DNA of 64,000 nt from Phoronis australis. Lineage: Eukaryota > Animalia > Phoronida. Position numbers and translations under genes: made by a program. Below are positions 41,301 through 53,495 of this stretch, one piece after another. The notes beneath the pieces were generated by a model, which was not told where the DNA came from, did not search any database, and saw only the letters and a program-made list of their open reading frames with translations. Location: positions 242,291 through 306,290 of the forward strand of contig NMRA01000018.1 of assembly GCA_002633005.1 (NCBI GenBank), in the 5' to 3' direction. The stretch's first letter is position 1. Each line of letters starts with the position of its first letter.

Positions 41301-44300
41301 GTGGTAAGATAATTTTGGCAGGAGTTTCAAGTAGATGTCTGGGGCTTACATAACTAAAGCTAAGTCAGTACAACTGAAAGACATAATTGACTCTTAATAT
41401 CATGTTGTTGCCTAGGGCCTAGATGACTAACGCTAAGCTGGTGTTACTCACAGACATGACTCTTAATATCACGTTGACGACTAATACTAAACTGGTATTA
41501 CTCACAGACATGACTCTTATCAGGTTCATCTGAATCCGTGTCTTCTCCTCTTGTGACAAAGGTGGATCTGTCGAATAGAGCACACGCGATGCAGCGATGA
41601 AGCCTCAGACATAATGTACGATAGAAAAACTTAAAGGCCAAAACCAGAAAAAGCCAGAGCATCACTCACTGCTAAAAGACTGGTTAAAAAGTAATCAAAC
41701 AATTAGGTCAATTGACATATTTTATCATGCTAAATTTTAAATTGTTCTCAGAACTCGATCCTAATACCGCTCCATAAGGACACAGCATGTCAGATAAGGA
41801 GGGTGACACAAAGGCTAATTATAAGGCTGGAGTCTTGACAGTAAGTCTGTATGTCAACCTTTTTATATTTGACTAACAGGCTAACTATTGAACAATACCA
41901 AGAGATGCTTTAAGTTCTGACACGCAACACACATGTGACACACTGTTGATAACAGTACAAGCCAAAAGTACTGACAGACAAATTGGTGATTTCTCATCAT
42001 GACAGATGGGCGGAAACCGAATCCACTGTCACAGTAGTCGTCCTTAATGACCGAAAATGATAAGTGATTAACAGAAAGTTAGTAACTTAAAGGTGGCTAA
42101 GCCACTCTGGAATTAGAAATTTGCTGCCTCAGCAGTTATTACGAGTCATTTGTGCTGTAAGCAGAATTAACCGTCTTGATGGAGAAATGGTATTTTGTCT
42201 CATTACTATGGTCTTGTACTGCAGTTTCAAAATATTATATTTACGTGAGAGTTAAGCGATTACATTTCATTGACAACTGCCACTTCTGGACCAGCATTCA
42301 CCATCAGATAACACAGTAGCTTGAACGCGCTGGCACTTGCCAACAAAAATATGATCGGAAATTCTAGTAGATTTACAAAAATGTTATTTAATTTATGATC
42401 ATATAAGAAGATAAACCTGCAACTAAACGAGGAGATTGCAATCCACAATTGCATATTATTGTTGGTACTGAGTAAAATATCCATAAACAACAAGAGACTG
42501 ATCTAAAATTTTTGAATATTAAATATCCTTCGCCAACAGAATTACGGAAAAAAACAAAATGAAACCAAAGAGATTCCGATTGGTAAACGATAATCTAAGT
42601 GATGACATTTGGGCCAAATGTGAGGGTTGGATTGTCATAACATAGAAAAGAAAATGTGAGAAGATGAGATAATCATGAGGTTTTATATTTTTCATCACTG
42701 AATAAATAAATTTGCAAACAGGTGACGAATCGTTATGTGACTTACTTTCACCGATGAGCTCTAGACACAGTGTCACGTACTCTTGAACATTGCCAATGAG
42801 ATAGGCACACCTCAGAGACGTGATGAGGATGGATGTCAACAGAGGCCACCACCTCTCTGTCCGGTAATCACAAGTGACTCGACTCAGCAACCTGAGAAGG
42901 ATGGCATTAATTATAGACATACGCCACAATGCACCAACTAACAAGTTAACATTGCAAAAGAACAGCACTGTACTAGGTTTACAAAATCTGTACATTGTTA
43001 ATGTAAAATTATGCAATGTAAAATTATACACTAAAATCTCACCAATTTATGACACAATATGGCGGACAAGAGAAGTTTTATTATTTCAATTTCTATATGA
43101 GATACGTAACACCAAATAAATTTGTTATAATTTTGAAGTACTCTTCCATAGTTACCATCAGACAATGATTTTAGAAACTGTGGGCGTTCACAACAATGTT
43201 AGAAACATTTGAAAAAATAAAAATGGTAAATTTTAGCAACAACTGTTATCCACAATTGGCGAGATATCACCGTAATTCGAAAAATTTCGAAGCTGAGATC
43301 AGATAGATTTCATTGCGACACAAGCATGGCATCATTCATTTGTACATAAGTAGCCTACAAGGGCAATTCACTGGTTTTTACTCATTAATGAATACTGTGT
43401 TCACATGACGACTGATCTGTCTGAAAAAGTTCACAACGCAAGATAGTTCTTGTTCTTAGGAACAGGTTTCTGATGATCTGCTCCCAGATCGGCCTTCTTA
43501 CCACAAGAAAGCTACATACTGATGGCATTACTTGAGGTTTGGACATCCTCTGATGACACTACATAGTCCGTCATAGTTTAATTGCAGTGCAGAAAATGAG
43601 TAGTGGGCATGTGCTAATACAACATCACCATATTCCAAGCAGTGGGAAGAATGGTCAAAACAGTCAAAATACAAGTGATAGCCTGTACGATTGTCCTGCT
43701 TAAGCATCTGGGTCTGACAGATCTGCATTTTCTACTATTAAAGGAACACTAATGGTTTTACAGTAATTGAAACACGCATTTTTTAAAATTTGATTATTGT
43801 TGGATGAAATAGAATTTTTCTCAAGTTATAAACTTTGGCCACAGCCATAAATGAACAAATCTGTTGTGCTTTTGCAAAATTTATCACTAAGTGCCAATTC
43901 TCATTGTCTGCCAGACATTCACTGAAATCAAGGCTGGTGACTTCACCAGCTAAACACGGTGAAAATACAATGACATTTATCATCTGAAGTCTAATTCCAC
44001 TAGCAAAGCATTAGACAGAAACCACGGAGGTTGCAGGTTCGATTGAGAATATAATTTTTCTCACCAATAATGTCAGTTTAAACAGTATTTTCTCCCCAGT
44101 TGCTTGGTTATACGGCAGGATAATTACACAAACATTAGAGGTACTTACATGAGTGCCTTGTTGTAATCTTTGGCATGGTAATACTCTTCCCCCATTTGAA
44201 CCACTGGAACAGTACAAAATTAATCCAGTGAATGTTCTTCGCTGGTATTTCTGCATAATAACAAATGTGTTCTTGAGCAAGAGCAAACTCTCCTCCAAAA

Positions 44301-47300
44301 AGGAGCAGTGGTCACTATTTATCAACTGTAGATAAAACAATGTAAGCAGTTGTATTAACAAATTTAGTAGTTGAAAAGATTGGGGTTGAAGACTTACTAA
44401 GATTCCTCTTCATGCGAGGCGACTTGTATTTCTTAAACTGAGCCACGGCGCTGCTTAATAAAGGTATAATCAGCCACTGAAACACAAAAACTGAGCTGAG
44501 AGTCCGCACATTGTAGCGACACATGCCTCAGCCAGCTACTGTACCAAAAATCAAATGACACTATACTGCCGTACCAAACTCAAAGATAGTAATCGAACCC
44601 TTATACAGTAGTAACCGGAACCGGAAGTCAGTTTACAAAGCTCTTACCACGCACAGGAAACCCTTACCACTCACGACACAGACCATGTTTGCCAGTGAGG
44701 CGAGTGGTAAGGATTTCTGTGGCAAAGTTTCGATGACAATCCCTTGAAAAAACACTTTACGCAGTCACACAGTAGCAACCCCAGGTCTCTGGTATGTCCA
44801 TTTATCCAATCTGTCTTACTTCCCCTATTTTCCTTTACAAGCATCAGAGCACAATAATGAAATAAATAGTACTTAACGCTGATCTAATACATGATACTTA
44901 TAATATAGTTGAACACAGAAAAGTCTTATAATACCGATACTAAATACAAAGCACTATGACACACAATGACAGTCTAACCATTGTTCTAAAACCAGGCACT
45001 AGCACTTCTTAAAGTAGAAATACTCAAAACTTGCAATCATAATTCTTTTTCACATTCCCTCAGAAACAAATTGTTTCCATTCATCCATAATGCAGAATAA
45101 ATAATTAAAAACAAAAGTCAGCTTTTTGGAAATTTCATTGAAAGCAGCATGAATCATCAATTAATAAACAAAAAAACAACCCTTCAATTACCAAATTTTT
45201 TAAGTAAACAAGTTGAACTGACAGGTGTTAGAAGATGGAGTACCTACATCACCTGTGGACTATACGAATGGAAACAGAACTGAAACAAGTAAGTCATAAG
45301 GACAACTTCCTGGTCTTATCTAGAACTGATCTTATCAACAGAGTATGAAATATTTTGTTAACAAAACTCAAGAAGTGTCGACACTGGATCTGACTAACCC
45401 ATTGTAATGCACACTGATAACAAAACGATGAAATGGTAAGATTGTTCTGACTAAAATAAAAATGTTTGTTTTTCATCTCATGTATAGGCTATATCCTTCA
45501 AGAAGAATGCGCAATGAGATAAAGATAAAGGAAACAGCATGCTACAATTAATCAAAATGGGTTCTGATGTAACAACTAATTAACTTAATTGGGAAAATGT
45601 CACACCTACCGCCAAAGATTTAGAAATATCACTTCTGACATTCCAGTGACCTCTTTAAAAGCAAGGTGCTTCTAAATCAGTATTTTCAGATGGATTATCT
45701 ATTTCAGCAATGAGGTGTTGAAANAGTGTGTGTGTGTGTGTGTGTGTGCGTGTGTGTGTGTGCGTGCGTGCGTATATTGTGAAAGTGTCAAAATGGTCAA
45801 TGTTTACATTCTTTTCTGTATCTGTATCAAAATCTGTTCTTCACTTAATGTTCGTTAAAAATTATGCGCTTACAATGTAGCCTTCATTGACTAAAGCACA
45901 AATAATCGCGAGAAAGTTTAATATCAGTAATTTGTTTATTTATGTTTCACACTCAACAACACCTAGTGGTGGTATTACTAATTAGTTTGGAGAACATCCA
46001 TCAGACACCAAAATGAAAGAATAGATCAAAGATTAAGAAAAACTGACAAACACAGAAAAAATTCTAGTTACTTTCAACCAATTCACAGAAATGCATTCCT
46101 CTTATGATGTCAGCAAGTGCTTAGTGGATGACAAAGAAAATAGCTCATTAATTTAGATATGATTCCTAGCTCAGATGAATAATTTCTGAACTGACAGTCC
46201 CCAGAAGATGCGCCCGCTCAGTACCAGTATTGCCATACAACACAACCCCATCACCGTCAATAATGCTACTCACTGAATGATCCTGCTGCAGCTCCAGACA
46301 CTGTAGAGCTTGTACACCTTCCTTCTCCTTCTGGGGATCTGCAGGTTCAATACCTGGCGACAGAATGTAGGAACGTCTTGTAATTACGTATTTCACAGCA
46401 GAATATATAACACTTTCTATGAGTCAAAATATGTCGGATCAACTCAGTAAAAGCATGACAAAGACTATAAAATGTCACTCATTTCAAGTCTGTTGTGTTC
46501 CCAGCGTCCACAACCACTGATGCCAATCTACAGCAGGAGAATGTTTATTTACACGGCGTATAGGAAATGATTTTCATGCAATGCATATTTCTAAAAGTCC
46601 TGTACGAAGCTCTTACTAAGGTTAAATGTTTAGTCAATACAAAACATGCTAGGACCAAGATTACACTTCGCATGTATAGTTTCAACGGACGCAACAGCCA
46701 ACTGAGAAGAGTTACAAACAAAACTTGGTTTCACCTACTTTTTGCCACAACAAATAAATACACCTACAATGAAATTATTGGTACCAGCGAAACAGCGAAA
46801 GACCCATAAGCATACGCAAGGACAAATGCTAAATGTGTGTGCAATACAAAATAAATGAAATTCTCGAGGAAACAAGAACATGTCTGTCCTACACAAACGA
46901 CAACCGATGAATTACTGGCATGTACATGTTATACTATATCTCATGGTAGCACCGCGAGATTATGGAAGGGAACGAAATCTCTTATACTTCACGTGTACCA
47001 CTTACTCTGGTGTCCCTGCCGCCAGGGCCTCTGTCCATAGAAATCCAGAGAGTTCAGGTTTTCAAGGATTCCCGGGTTAACAGCACTAGAGGGCTAAACA
47101 GCAATGAAGCACATGTTAAAAAGTATTCAACTACACTATACAAAGGAGGGCAAACTAGTGCTCAAAATTCATGGAGAAACACATAAAGTAAAACATCCTA
47201 AGCCAATCAAACTTGCATTAAGTGATAGTTATTTCGCTGAATAAGGAGGATTTTAAAACATTCATGGTCTGTCATGTGATAATGTGATGTTCTCTTTGAC

Positions 47301-50300
47301 TTCAGACACTGACTATAATTTACGTGCCAAGCACACCCTCACTGTGCTGAAGGCCAAGAAAACATATTCAGGATTGGTCAATTCACTATAAAAGTCCTGT
47401 CATATTGAACAGTCTCCCAGCAGGCCATAGGGAGTGTGCTGGTCCAAATGTCTTCAAATTGCAGTTGAGGGATTGGACCCCATATCCGCTGCTTTTTAGT
47501 TTTGTTTTATCTTTAGTTTGTATGTATTTATTTCCACATTATTAACTTGTGTTGTTGAAACTTCTATAACTTTGAAAAGCATACATTGCGAATACGTATC
47601 AACAAATACCAAAACAACGGCGCACTCAAAGTCCTAAAAATCCAATAGTTACATGACAAAGTCCTCGACACAGCTGTTTGCGAGCTGTTGCGTGGTTGGC
47701 TGCTTGCTGGTAATAGAAGCCAGGATGTTGAGTTTGTATGGCTGTTAAGCCAAACTTGATAGCCTCGTCAAACAATTCACCAAAGATCTGGAACCTGAAG
47801 AAAGATGGATCAGCAAATTATTTTAATCATCAATATAATCCTGCATCTAGGCAAAAGATTGAACATTCAACAGAAAAACACATCAATACCAAAGACCTCA
47901 AGTCTTTGCAGTTAGTACAGCCAAACCTTTCAATTGAAACATTTGGAATCAGGATTTCTGATCTCAGAAAACACAGAAAAAGGCATTGCATGATTACAAA
48001 CAAAAACAAAACTTGCTATAATGGTGATGAAGACATCCAGTGGCAATACATCATTCTCCTCGAGCAAAAATCCAATCACGGTGCAAATTGTGTGTCATGT
48101 TCTCATGCGATAAATCTTCTTTTCTGCTGATCCAGGGAAAAACTATTATAGCTACTGCACATAATTTTTACTTGCTGAGTATGCCACAATCATTTTTAGT
48201 GCAAAATAATTCAAAATAAGAACCACTAAGTGACACACTCTCTCTCAATTATTTGCCTTCTACATCTAACAAAATTCGAGACTTTTCAAACATGGCTCAA
48301 GACTTTTTAAAATCTTGAGCCATTTTTAAAACATGTTTCAAGGCTTTTTAAACATGGCATAGCACCATATGGTACAGCACCATATGGTACAGCACCATAT
48401 TTCAATACATGTATGGAGAACACAACGTTAGAACACCATAAATATAAAGATTTTAAAATCTTTGGAAGTTGTGAATTTAATTCTTTGTTTAGCGAAATTT
48501 CATTTTTATCGGCGAAGACTGCAAAACGGTAAGCCCAAATTTCAGCTATACCAGAGGTTTGTGATTACCACAACTTGGAAAAATATTTACTATTATAAAT
48601 TGGCACCTGAGAGATTCCAGGAAAGGTGGTCTTGTTTTTTGCTTAGTAATTAGCATTTATAGGGTTCGATAATGTTTCTGATCTGTCTGATGTACTTGAT
48701 TAAATTTCATATTGCTTTACAACTATGTACTTGTTGGTTGAATTAATAAATGTTTTAAAAAAGATTTTTAAATCTTATAATGGAAAAAATCCCCTACACT
48801 CGATTTCCCTCAAGTAAAGACACTGATCACTCTGCCTATATGACTTGAGAAGTAGTTTTAAAATTGTGTTTCTATCACAGGGTGCTAACGGATAAAGATT
48901 CAGAACAATCAGCAGATTACAGACAAAGCTTTAAAGCACAAGAAGATATTGGTGCACTTCATTAACTAATGCCTTACTGTTTTGCCATGTAGGCACTGTG
49001 TTCAAAAGCAAGCTCGGGTATTCCCACTCTCTTCTTGAAGAAGTCAATGTGCTTCCTGAACTGCGCTATGGCGTCCAGAGGAGCATTGTGTTGAAATGAC
49101 AGGCGACAAATCTGTGGCAGGAATGAAATTCAAGTGTACAGTACATGTCAAACAGTCTATCTGAATGTAAGGTATTGGAATTCCATTAATCAGATTATAT
49201 AAGGAATGTAAACTCAACTATATGAGGTAAAAGTGAATTTCGGTCAGGTAGGCCAGAAAAGATTACCGCTTTTAAGATTTAGCAGTTTTAAGGTTTTGTA
49301 ATGAATACATTTATTCAGGCCAGACCTAGTGCGAACTCAATAATCCTTTAATGCAATGGTCCACAATGACTGGCTGTCTTGTCATGTCTGTAGTCCCTAA
49401 TGATACCCAATTACTACATAAACTATGTGCCTGTCAGCTGCCAGTGAAAAGACTTGACTGTAAGGACCGTTATACTCTAGGTTACAAAAAAAGAGGTATG
49501 AGTTGTGTGTGGTCACAGTCTAAAAATCTTGACCCCGTAAGTTTTGTTAACCATTCTTTAATGATGCAGCAACACCAGCTGGTGTTCTGTTCTGTAGGAG
49601 TAATTGAAACTGTTGCGCTTTGGAGCATAGATTTATAGTAAAAAATTTCCAGCTTGGTGCAGTGAAGATTGAAATATTATTTTGGTCAAGGTCGGAGCTC
49701 GTACCAAATTTTAGAAAATGGCAATATTTGTCACCCCAAATTCAAGAATCCTGAGAAAGACAAAATTTATATTGGTAGCTATTTTAGATGATTTTATCTC
49801 CAACTTTGTTGATACAAAAATTAATGAAGTCTTCAATATATGAGAAACATGACGATGGCCAAAATTACCCATGTCCCAATTTTAAGAATCAAGAAATTCA
49901 ATTTTAACTTGAATTTCAGTGTCCTAAATTTTATATATTGTCTTAATTGGAGAATTTTTACCATGCTTTTTGGCACAAAATTCAGGTAAACACAGTTGCA
50001 AAATCAATCAATTGTAATACAAATCACACCTTGTAGTTGATGAACCCAGACACCGTCTTTATCTCCAACAAGTTTGTGTCATGCATCCTTAATTCCAGGG
50101 TGTGTCCATACGCCTGTTTATAGTGCCTGCAACCAGTACCACCATGTATTGACCAGGCAAAGCTTATCTTTGAAACAAGTGCACAATAAGCATTGGTCTA
50201 ATAAGAGGAAACATTCTACAAACAACTCTTTAGCAGTGTAAGAGCACAAAAGTTTCTTTTGTTCGACTCAGTTTCGCACTCTGATGTGATGTTCAAGATG

Positions 50301-53300
50301 GGTCGAGTTAACTAGCTAGAAAGATGCACAATTTCTTTTATTCACGGGCATTTTGAGACATTGGGCATTTTTGAGTGAATCGTTTAAATATCTTACTGCC
50401 AAGCAGTGACGGTTTGCTGAAATGACAGTCACTTGGAAAAAAATCCCATTGCATTAAACCCATACAAAACACACAACACTGTCCACCAATTACTGATCTC
50501 TCTATAAATTTCATGACTTGAAGAGGTAACTATCAATATTCACATTCTAAATGATATGAGAATTCATTGTACTAACTACTATATCCAGTGACAAGCTGAA
50601 TTTCATCATGCCGTCACTATATCAAAAAATGGCAATTAAACCATGGAGAGACTAGTGTTTTCACAGCGCAAGAACAAATATGTCCCACACACTCTCCTAC
50701 AATACTCTCACTCCACTCATTCTAACAGGTCACTTACATTTTTGTACACAAATCACCAAGTACGAATTGGTTGATAACTTACAGTAGAGTCTCATACTGC
50801 CGTGCCTGTCAACTTACTTTATGGCTGTGTGTGTGTCCTGTCGAACTTCATTGAGGAATGCAACCTTGAACTGGTGTCTCACAAACAGGAACTAAAAAGA
50901 CAAATATACCACCATGCTCACAGAGGGGTTTGGGTAGAAAAATTCTTTACGAAAGAATAGCCAAAACAAGCACAGTGTGTTTCAAAGAAGAAAACAACTG
51001 AATACAAGCCCATTAGATTTTCGTTCATGGTAAAAATTAAATTAGGCATGAAAACAGCAATCTTCACATTACGTTCAGTAGGGGAAAAATTGAAGAAAAT
51101 AACATGGGTTAAATTCCACGAAGACAAGAAACAAAATTTAATTATCACAAGTCTATTTATGAGAATTAACATCTTTCATCAGACAGAACACTAAGAGTGC
51201 GATGATTAATTGAATTGTAATGCAATGCAGGAGGGACCGGTTTCAACATCGATATGCCAAGACCCACTTCAATTCCATTTTTTTCACAATTTTTGCTGTT
51301 AGGTGTCGTACAAAGTTAAAAACTATTTGTATTTTTAAAAAGTATCATTAAGACATTGAACACATAAACTGGTCAGGGTCATTCATTAGTTAGAATCTTG
51401 TCATATTTAACAAAATCATTGCTAAAATTGGTACAAACTTACTAAGTTAATATTTGAGAAAAGTGAATCGGTTCAACAAAGTTAAACAAGAATCAAATCA
51501 AAAAAAATCAAATTCCTTCTAAAATAATCAAATCGAATTCTAAAACTATTCAAAAACCTGTGGATTACCTGATGGGTGGTCTTATTCAGGAACTCCTTGT
51601 GGGCCTTGACCTTGCGTGCCTGAGCATGGTAGTAGCTCTGTGCCAACTCATAGAATGCGTTCTCCAGACGGATCGTGTAGCCTAACAGGTGATCTGTGTG
51701 AGGCAGGACGAACAGAGACTTGGCCGACAGGTCACATGCACTGCAGAAAGAGGCAGCTCTTTCGGCGGCGATCACATCCTCGCCTGAAACATTAAATGAC
51801 ACCTTACATTTGCTTTCAGGTATTAGACGTGCTATTTCATATAAATTTTGCACTTCAGATTTTCAGATACCTTTAACTGTTTTTATAACAGTAATAATGA
51901 GAATAATGTCAGAACAGCAGTTTTGTAACGCCCTGTCATCACAGTTGTCATGAATGCAGCTCAACACATGGTTTTAAATTATGGCAAAACAGGGAGAGAA
52001 CGAATCATGGCAATTTTGACGAGTGTTCAGATTGGAGAACTTGGTTGTGATTGGCTGTTCCAGTTAATAAGTCATCCAGAAAAAGAAACTTATGGTGGTA
52101 ATAATTCCGACGGCGCTTAAAAAAGTATTAACTCACAGACTATCACTGTCTCATTTTGAAAGGAAAACTGATGTTCACATTCACTAACGATAATTTGAGA
52201 TTAACTAGTATTCACTCTTGACTAGCACTTCGGACTGTGTAGGCTAACAATAGGGCTCACCAGGTGGCAGTGGCGCATTCTTTTGTATGAGCACAACAGC
52301 AACTCGTACACCTCGACCTTGAAGACTGTTCCTGAAAACAAGAGCAGCAACATTGGACAAATTGAACATGGCAAACTCTACCATAAACTCAACACCCCAT
52401 TGTGATCTAATGCAGGTCATACATTAGGCATCACCTTTATCTTTTCATAGGGCAAAGTCTACCACATACCATACTGAAAAATGGTGAACAAATCACTGAA
52501 TACAACAATCTACATTAAATGACACATTGAAATAGGCACTAACAAGGCTATGTTTCCACAACAATAGTTATCAATGAAACAAAAAAGGCCAAGTATCTTA
52601 CAGTTAATGTGTTGAATAAAGTGCCTCACCCCAACCCATGTCAAAAACCAAACAGCCACACCTCAAACTCATCCGATACTCTCTACTCTAGTCAAATGCT
52701 TCTAAACTCACCAGACAATTTCTAGTCAAGTCGCCCACTCCTAAACTCACCTGACAATCTCAAGCCTTGTCGCACACTCCATCTGTCTCTCCTTCCATAA
52801 TGATTCATCCCAGTCCAGATCAAAGAACATGACCACAACACTGGGGATCTCATACAGGTGTTTCTTGAGCCAATTAGTCTTTAAGATGCCTTTAGGCACA
52901 TGCCACTCATAGGAGGTTCTCTGCAAAGCATGTAGACAGGTCAAAGGTATGGAAATCAAACATTAAATTATATGAGTTTTACTTAAATTAATAGCAACTC
53001 ACCAAAAGGTCTACATAGTGGACAAAGGTCTACATAGTGGACAAAAGTCTACATAGTGGACAAAGGGTGTTCATGATGTAACAAAGGCAATAGAATCACC
53101 AATTCCAAACCATAGAATTGTCTGTGATTAAATTTCTTGGCGAACCAATACATAATACAAAGTTTGCTGAGGTTAATTAGCTCAACTCATACACGTAGTG
53201 CATATACCACAGATCAGGAAACCGGCAGAAGAAGTTTAAAGTGTTATGATTCAAAGCATCTGATGAAACTCTTAGCATGTCATCTGCACAGTACCTTGGC

Positions 53301-53495
53301 TTTAGACTTTGGGTACTCATGGTCGGCGTCTAGTACAACAAATCTCAGTGGCACTCTATCTGTCTTCCTGTTGTTACAGAATGAGTCCCAGATCAACTTG
53401 TGAGTAGCATTATAGGTAGTGTCCAGACCGGTCAACACAACGAGACCAGATGGCCGGCAGAGTAACTCTTCTGGAAGTTCACTTGCCCAAGCCAT
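26284..53495 (-). CDS. TRAPPC11: Trafficking protein particle complex subunit 11 (TRAPP III; foie gras/gryzun), 28 coding exons, 3351 nt, 1116 aa
   Basis: Exon translations follow vertebrate TRAPPC11 colinearly from memory (e.g. [85 protein letters not shown]). All 27 introns are GT-AG with matching phases, and the exon lengths sum to a multiple of 3 ending in TGA. Confidence 0.97.
26845..26881. repeat. (GGC)/(AGC) trinucleotide tract in the last TRAPPC11 intron
   Basis: Direct inspection. Confidence 0.8.
29937..30003. repeat. 13-bp minisatellite (AATAATGCTTAAT) x5
   Basis: Direct inspection. Confidence 0.93.
30786..30953 (-). CDS. TRAPPC11: TRAPPC11 coding exon 27
   Basis: [23 protein letters not shown]...LPTHAYVK|gtagga. 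Confidence 0.93.
31642..31864 (-). CDS. TRAPPC11: TRAPPC11 coding exon 26
   Basis: [27 protein letters not shown]...[10 protein letters not shown]|gtataa. Confidence 0.93.
32347..32452 (-). CDS. TRAPPC11: TRAPPC11 coding exon 25
   Basis: (V)[14 protein letters not shown]...GTYNIMWR(R)|gtaaca. Confidence 0.91.
33088..33215. mobile_element. MITE family A, diverged copy 2
   Basis: Shares AACGCTAGGACCTCGC..AAAAG.AAGACTTCG and GAGAGCACGTGA.TTTGGCTAG with the other copies. Confidence 0.65.
33358..33409 (-). CDS. TRAPPC11: TRAPPC11 coding exon 24
   Basis: [17 protein letters not shown]|gtaagt. Confidence 0.87.
33957..34064 (-). CDS. TRAPPC11: TRAPPC11 coding exon 23
   Basis: [36 protein letters not shown]|gtaatg. 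Confidence 0.92.
34689..34874 (-). CDS. TRAPPC11: TRAPPC11 coding exon 22
   Basis: [15 protein letters not shown]...CVCHREEE...TVHP...LTSLK|gtagga. Confidence 0.91.
35292..35383 (-). CDS. TRAPPC11: TRAPPC11 coding exon 21
   Basis: (T)[11 protein letters not shown]...LESLQPGQK|gtaagg. Confidence 0.88.
36072..36175 (+). mobile_element. CR1/L2-type LINE 3'-end remnant
   Basis: Translates [21 protein letters not shown], matching the WNxLP...FK..L C-terminal motif of CR1/L2 ORF2; sibling copy at ~47405-47510. Confidence 0.65.
36345..36410 (+). mobile_element. tRNA-derived SINE head (degenerate)
   Basis: A-box-like GGCTCAGTGA and B-box-like GGTTTGAATCC with tRNA spacing; no complete cloverleaf. 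Confidence 0.5.
36785..36960 (-). CDS. TRAPPC11: TRAPPC11 coding exon 20
   Basis: [24 protein letters not shown]...[13 protein letters not shown]|gtgagt. Confidence 0.91.
37474..37661 (-). CDS. TRAPPC11: TRAPPC11 coding exon 19
   Basis: VSHICLELG...AVLRW...[10 protein letters not shown](K)|gtgagt. Confidence 0.9.
38468..38623 (-). CDS. TRAPPC11: TRAPPC11 coding exon 18
   Basis: [11 protein letters not shown]...[27 protein letters not shown]|gtaatg. Confidence 0.91.
39322..39379 (-). CDS. TRAPPC11: TRAPPC11 coding exon 17
   Basis: [19 protein letters not shown]|gtaggg. Confidence 0.92.
39620..39692 (-). CDS. TRAPPC11: TRAPPC11 coding exon 16
   Basis: (V)[23 protein letters not shown](R)|gtatgt. 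Confidence 0.92.
40579..40705 (-). CDS. TRAPPC11: TRAPPC11 coding exon 15
   Basis: [11 protein letters not shown]...[11 protein letters not shown]|gtaagt. Confidence 0.92.
41506..41567 (-). CDS. TRAPPC11: TRAPPC11 coding exon 14
   Basis: [20 protein letters not shown]|gtgagt. Confidence 0.9.
42746..42891 (-). CDS. TRAPPC11: TRAPPC11 coding exon 13
   Basis: [22 protein letters not shown]...CLELIGE|gtaagt. Confidence 0.92.
44149..44203 (-). CDS. TRAPPC11: TRAPPC11 coding exon 12
   Basis: (M)[17 protein letters not shown]|gtaagt. Confidence 0.94.
44398..44476 (-). CDS. TRAPPC11: TRAPPC11 coding exon 11
   Basis: [26 protein letters not shown]|gtaagt. Confidence 0.94.
45725..45772. repeat. (GT)n/(GCGT)n microsatellite beside a single N
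   Basis: Direct inspection. Confidence 0.93.
46274..46353 (-). CDS. TRAPPC11: TRAPPC11 coding exon 10
   Basis: [26 protein letters not shown]|gtgagt. Confidence 0.92.
47006..47093 (-). CDS. TRAPPC11: TRAPPC11 coding exon 9
   Basis: [29 protein letters not shown](S)|gtaagt. Confidence 0.9.
47405..47510 (+). mobile_element. CR1/L2-type LINE 3'-end remnant, copy 2
   Basis: GAACAGTCTCCCAG..G.CC.TAGGGAGTGTGC...CCAAATGTCTT shared with the 36072 copy; T-rich tail. Confidence 0.62.
47653..47794 (-). CDS. TRAPPC11: TRAPPC11 coding exon 8
   Basis: [32 protein letters not shown]...GLCH|gtaact. Confidence 0.94.
48361..48400. repeat. 15-bp tandem repeat (AGCACCATATGGTAC) x2.7
   Basis: Direct inspection. 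Confidence 0.85.
48978..49111 (-). CDS. TRAPPC11: TRAPPC11 coding exon 7
   Basis: [24 protein letters not shown]...AYMAK(Q)|gtaagg. Confidence 0.95.
50030..50126 (-). CDS. TRAPPC11: TRAPPC11 coding exon 6
   Basis: [32 protein letters not shown]|gtgtga. Confidence 0.93.
50818..50891 (-). CDS. TRAPPC11: TRAPPC11 coding exon 5
   Basis: [24 protein letters not shown](K)|gtaagt. Confidence 0.93.
51569..51783 (-). CDS. TRAPPC11: TRAPPC11 coding exon 4
   Basis: EDVIAAERA...[10 protein letters not shown]|gtaatc. Confidence 0.95.
52261..52331 (-). CDS. TRAPPC11: TRAPPC11 coding exon 3
   Basis: [23 protein letters not shown](G)|gtgagc. Confidence 0.93.
52751..52920 (-). CDS. TRAPPC11: TRAPPC11 coding exon 2
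   Basis: [17 protein letters not shown]...ECATRLEIV(R)|gtgagt. Confidence 0.95.
53005..53065. repeat. 19-bp tandem repeat (AAAGGTCTACATAGTGGAC) x3
   Basis: Direct inspection. Confidence 0.9.
53295..53495 (-). CDS. TRAPPC11: TRAPPC11 coding exon 1
   Basis: tttacag|ATG; [15 protein letters not shown]...HEYPKSKAK|gtactg. Confidence 0.92.

Noticed and set aside
44657-44707. Hairpin CCTTACCACTC...GAGTGGTAAGG (also short inverted repeats at 2969-3077 and 48292-48323)
   Set aside because: Short inverted repeats most simply explained as MITE debris; no other support.
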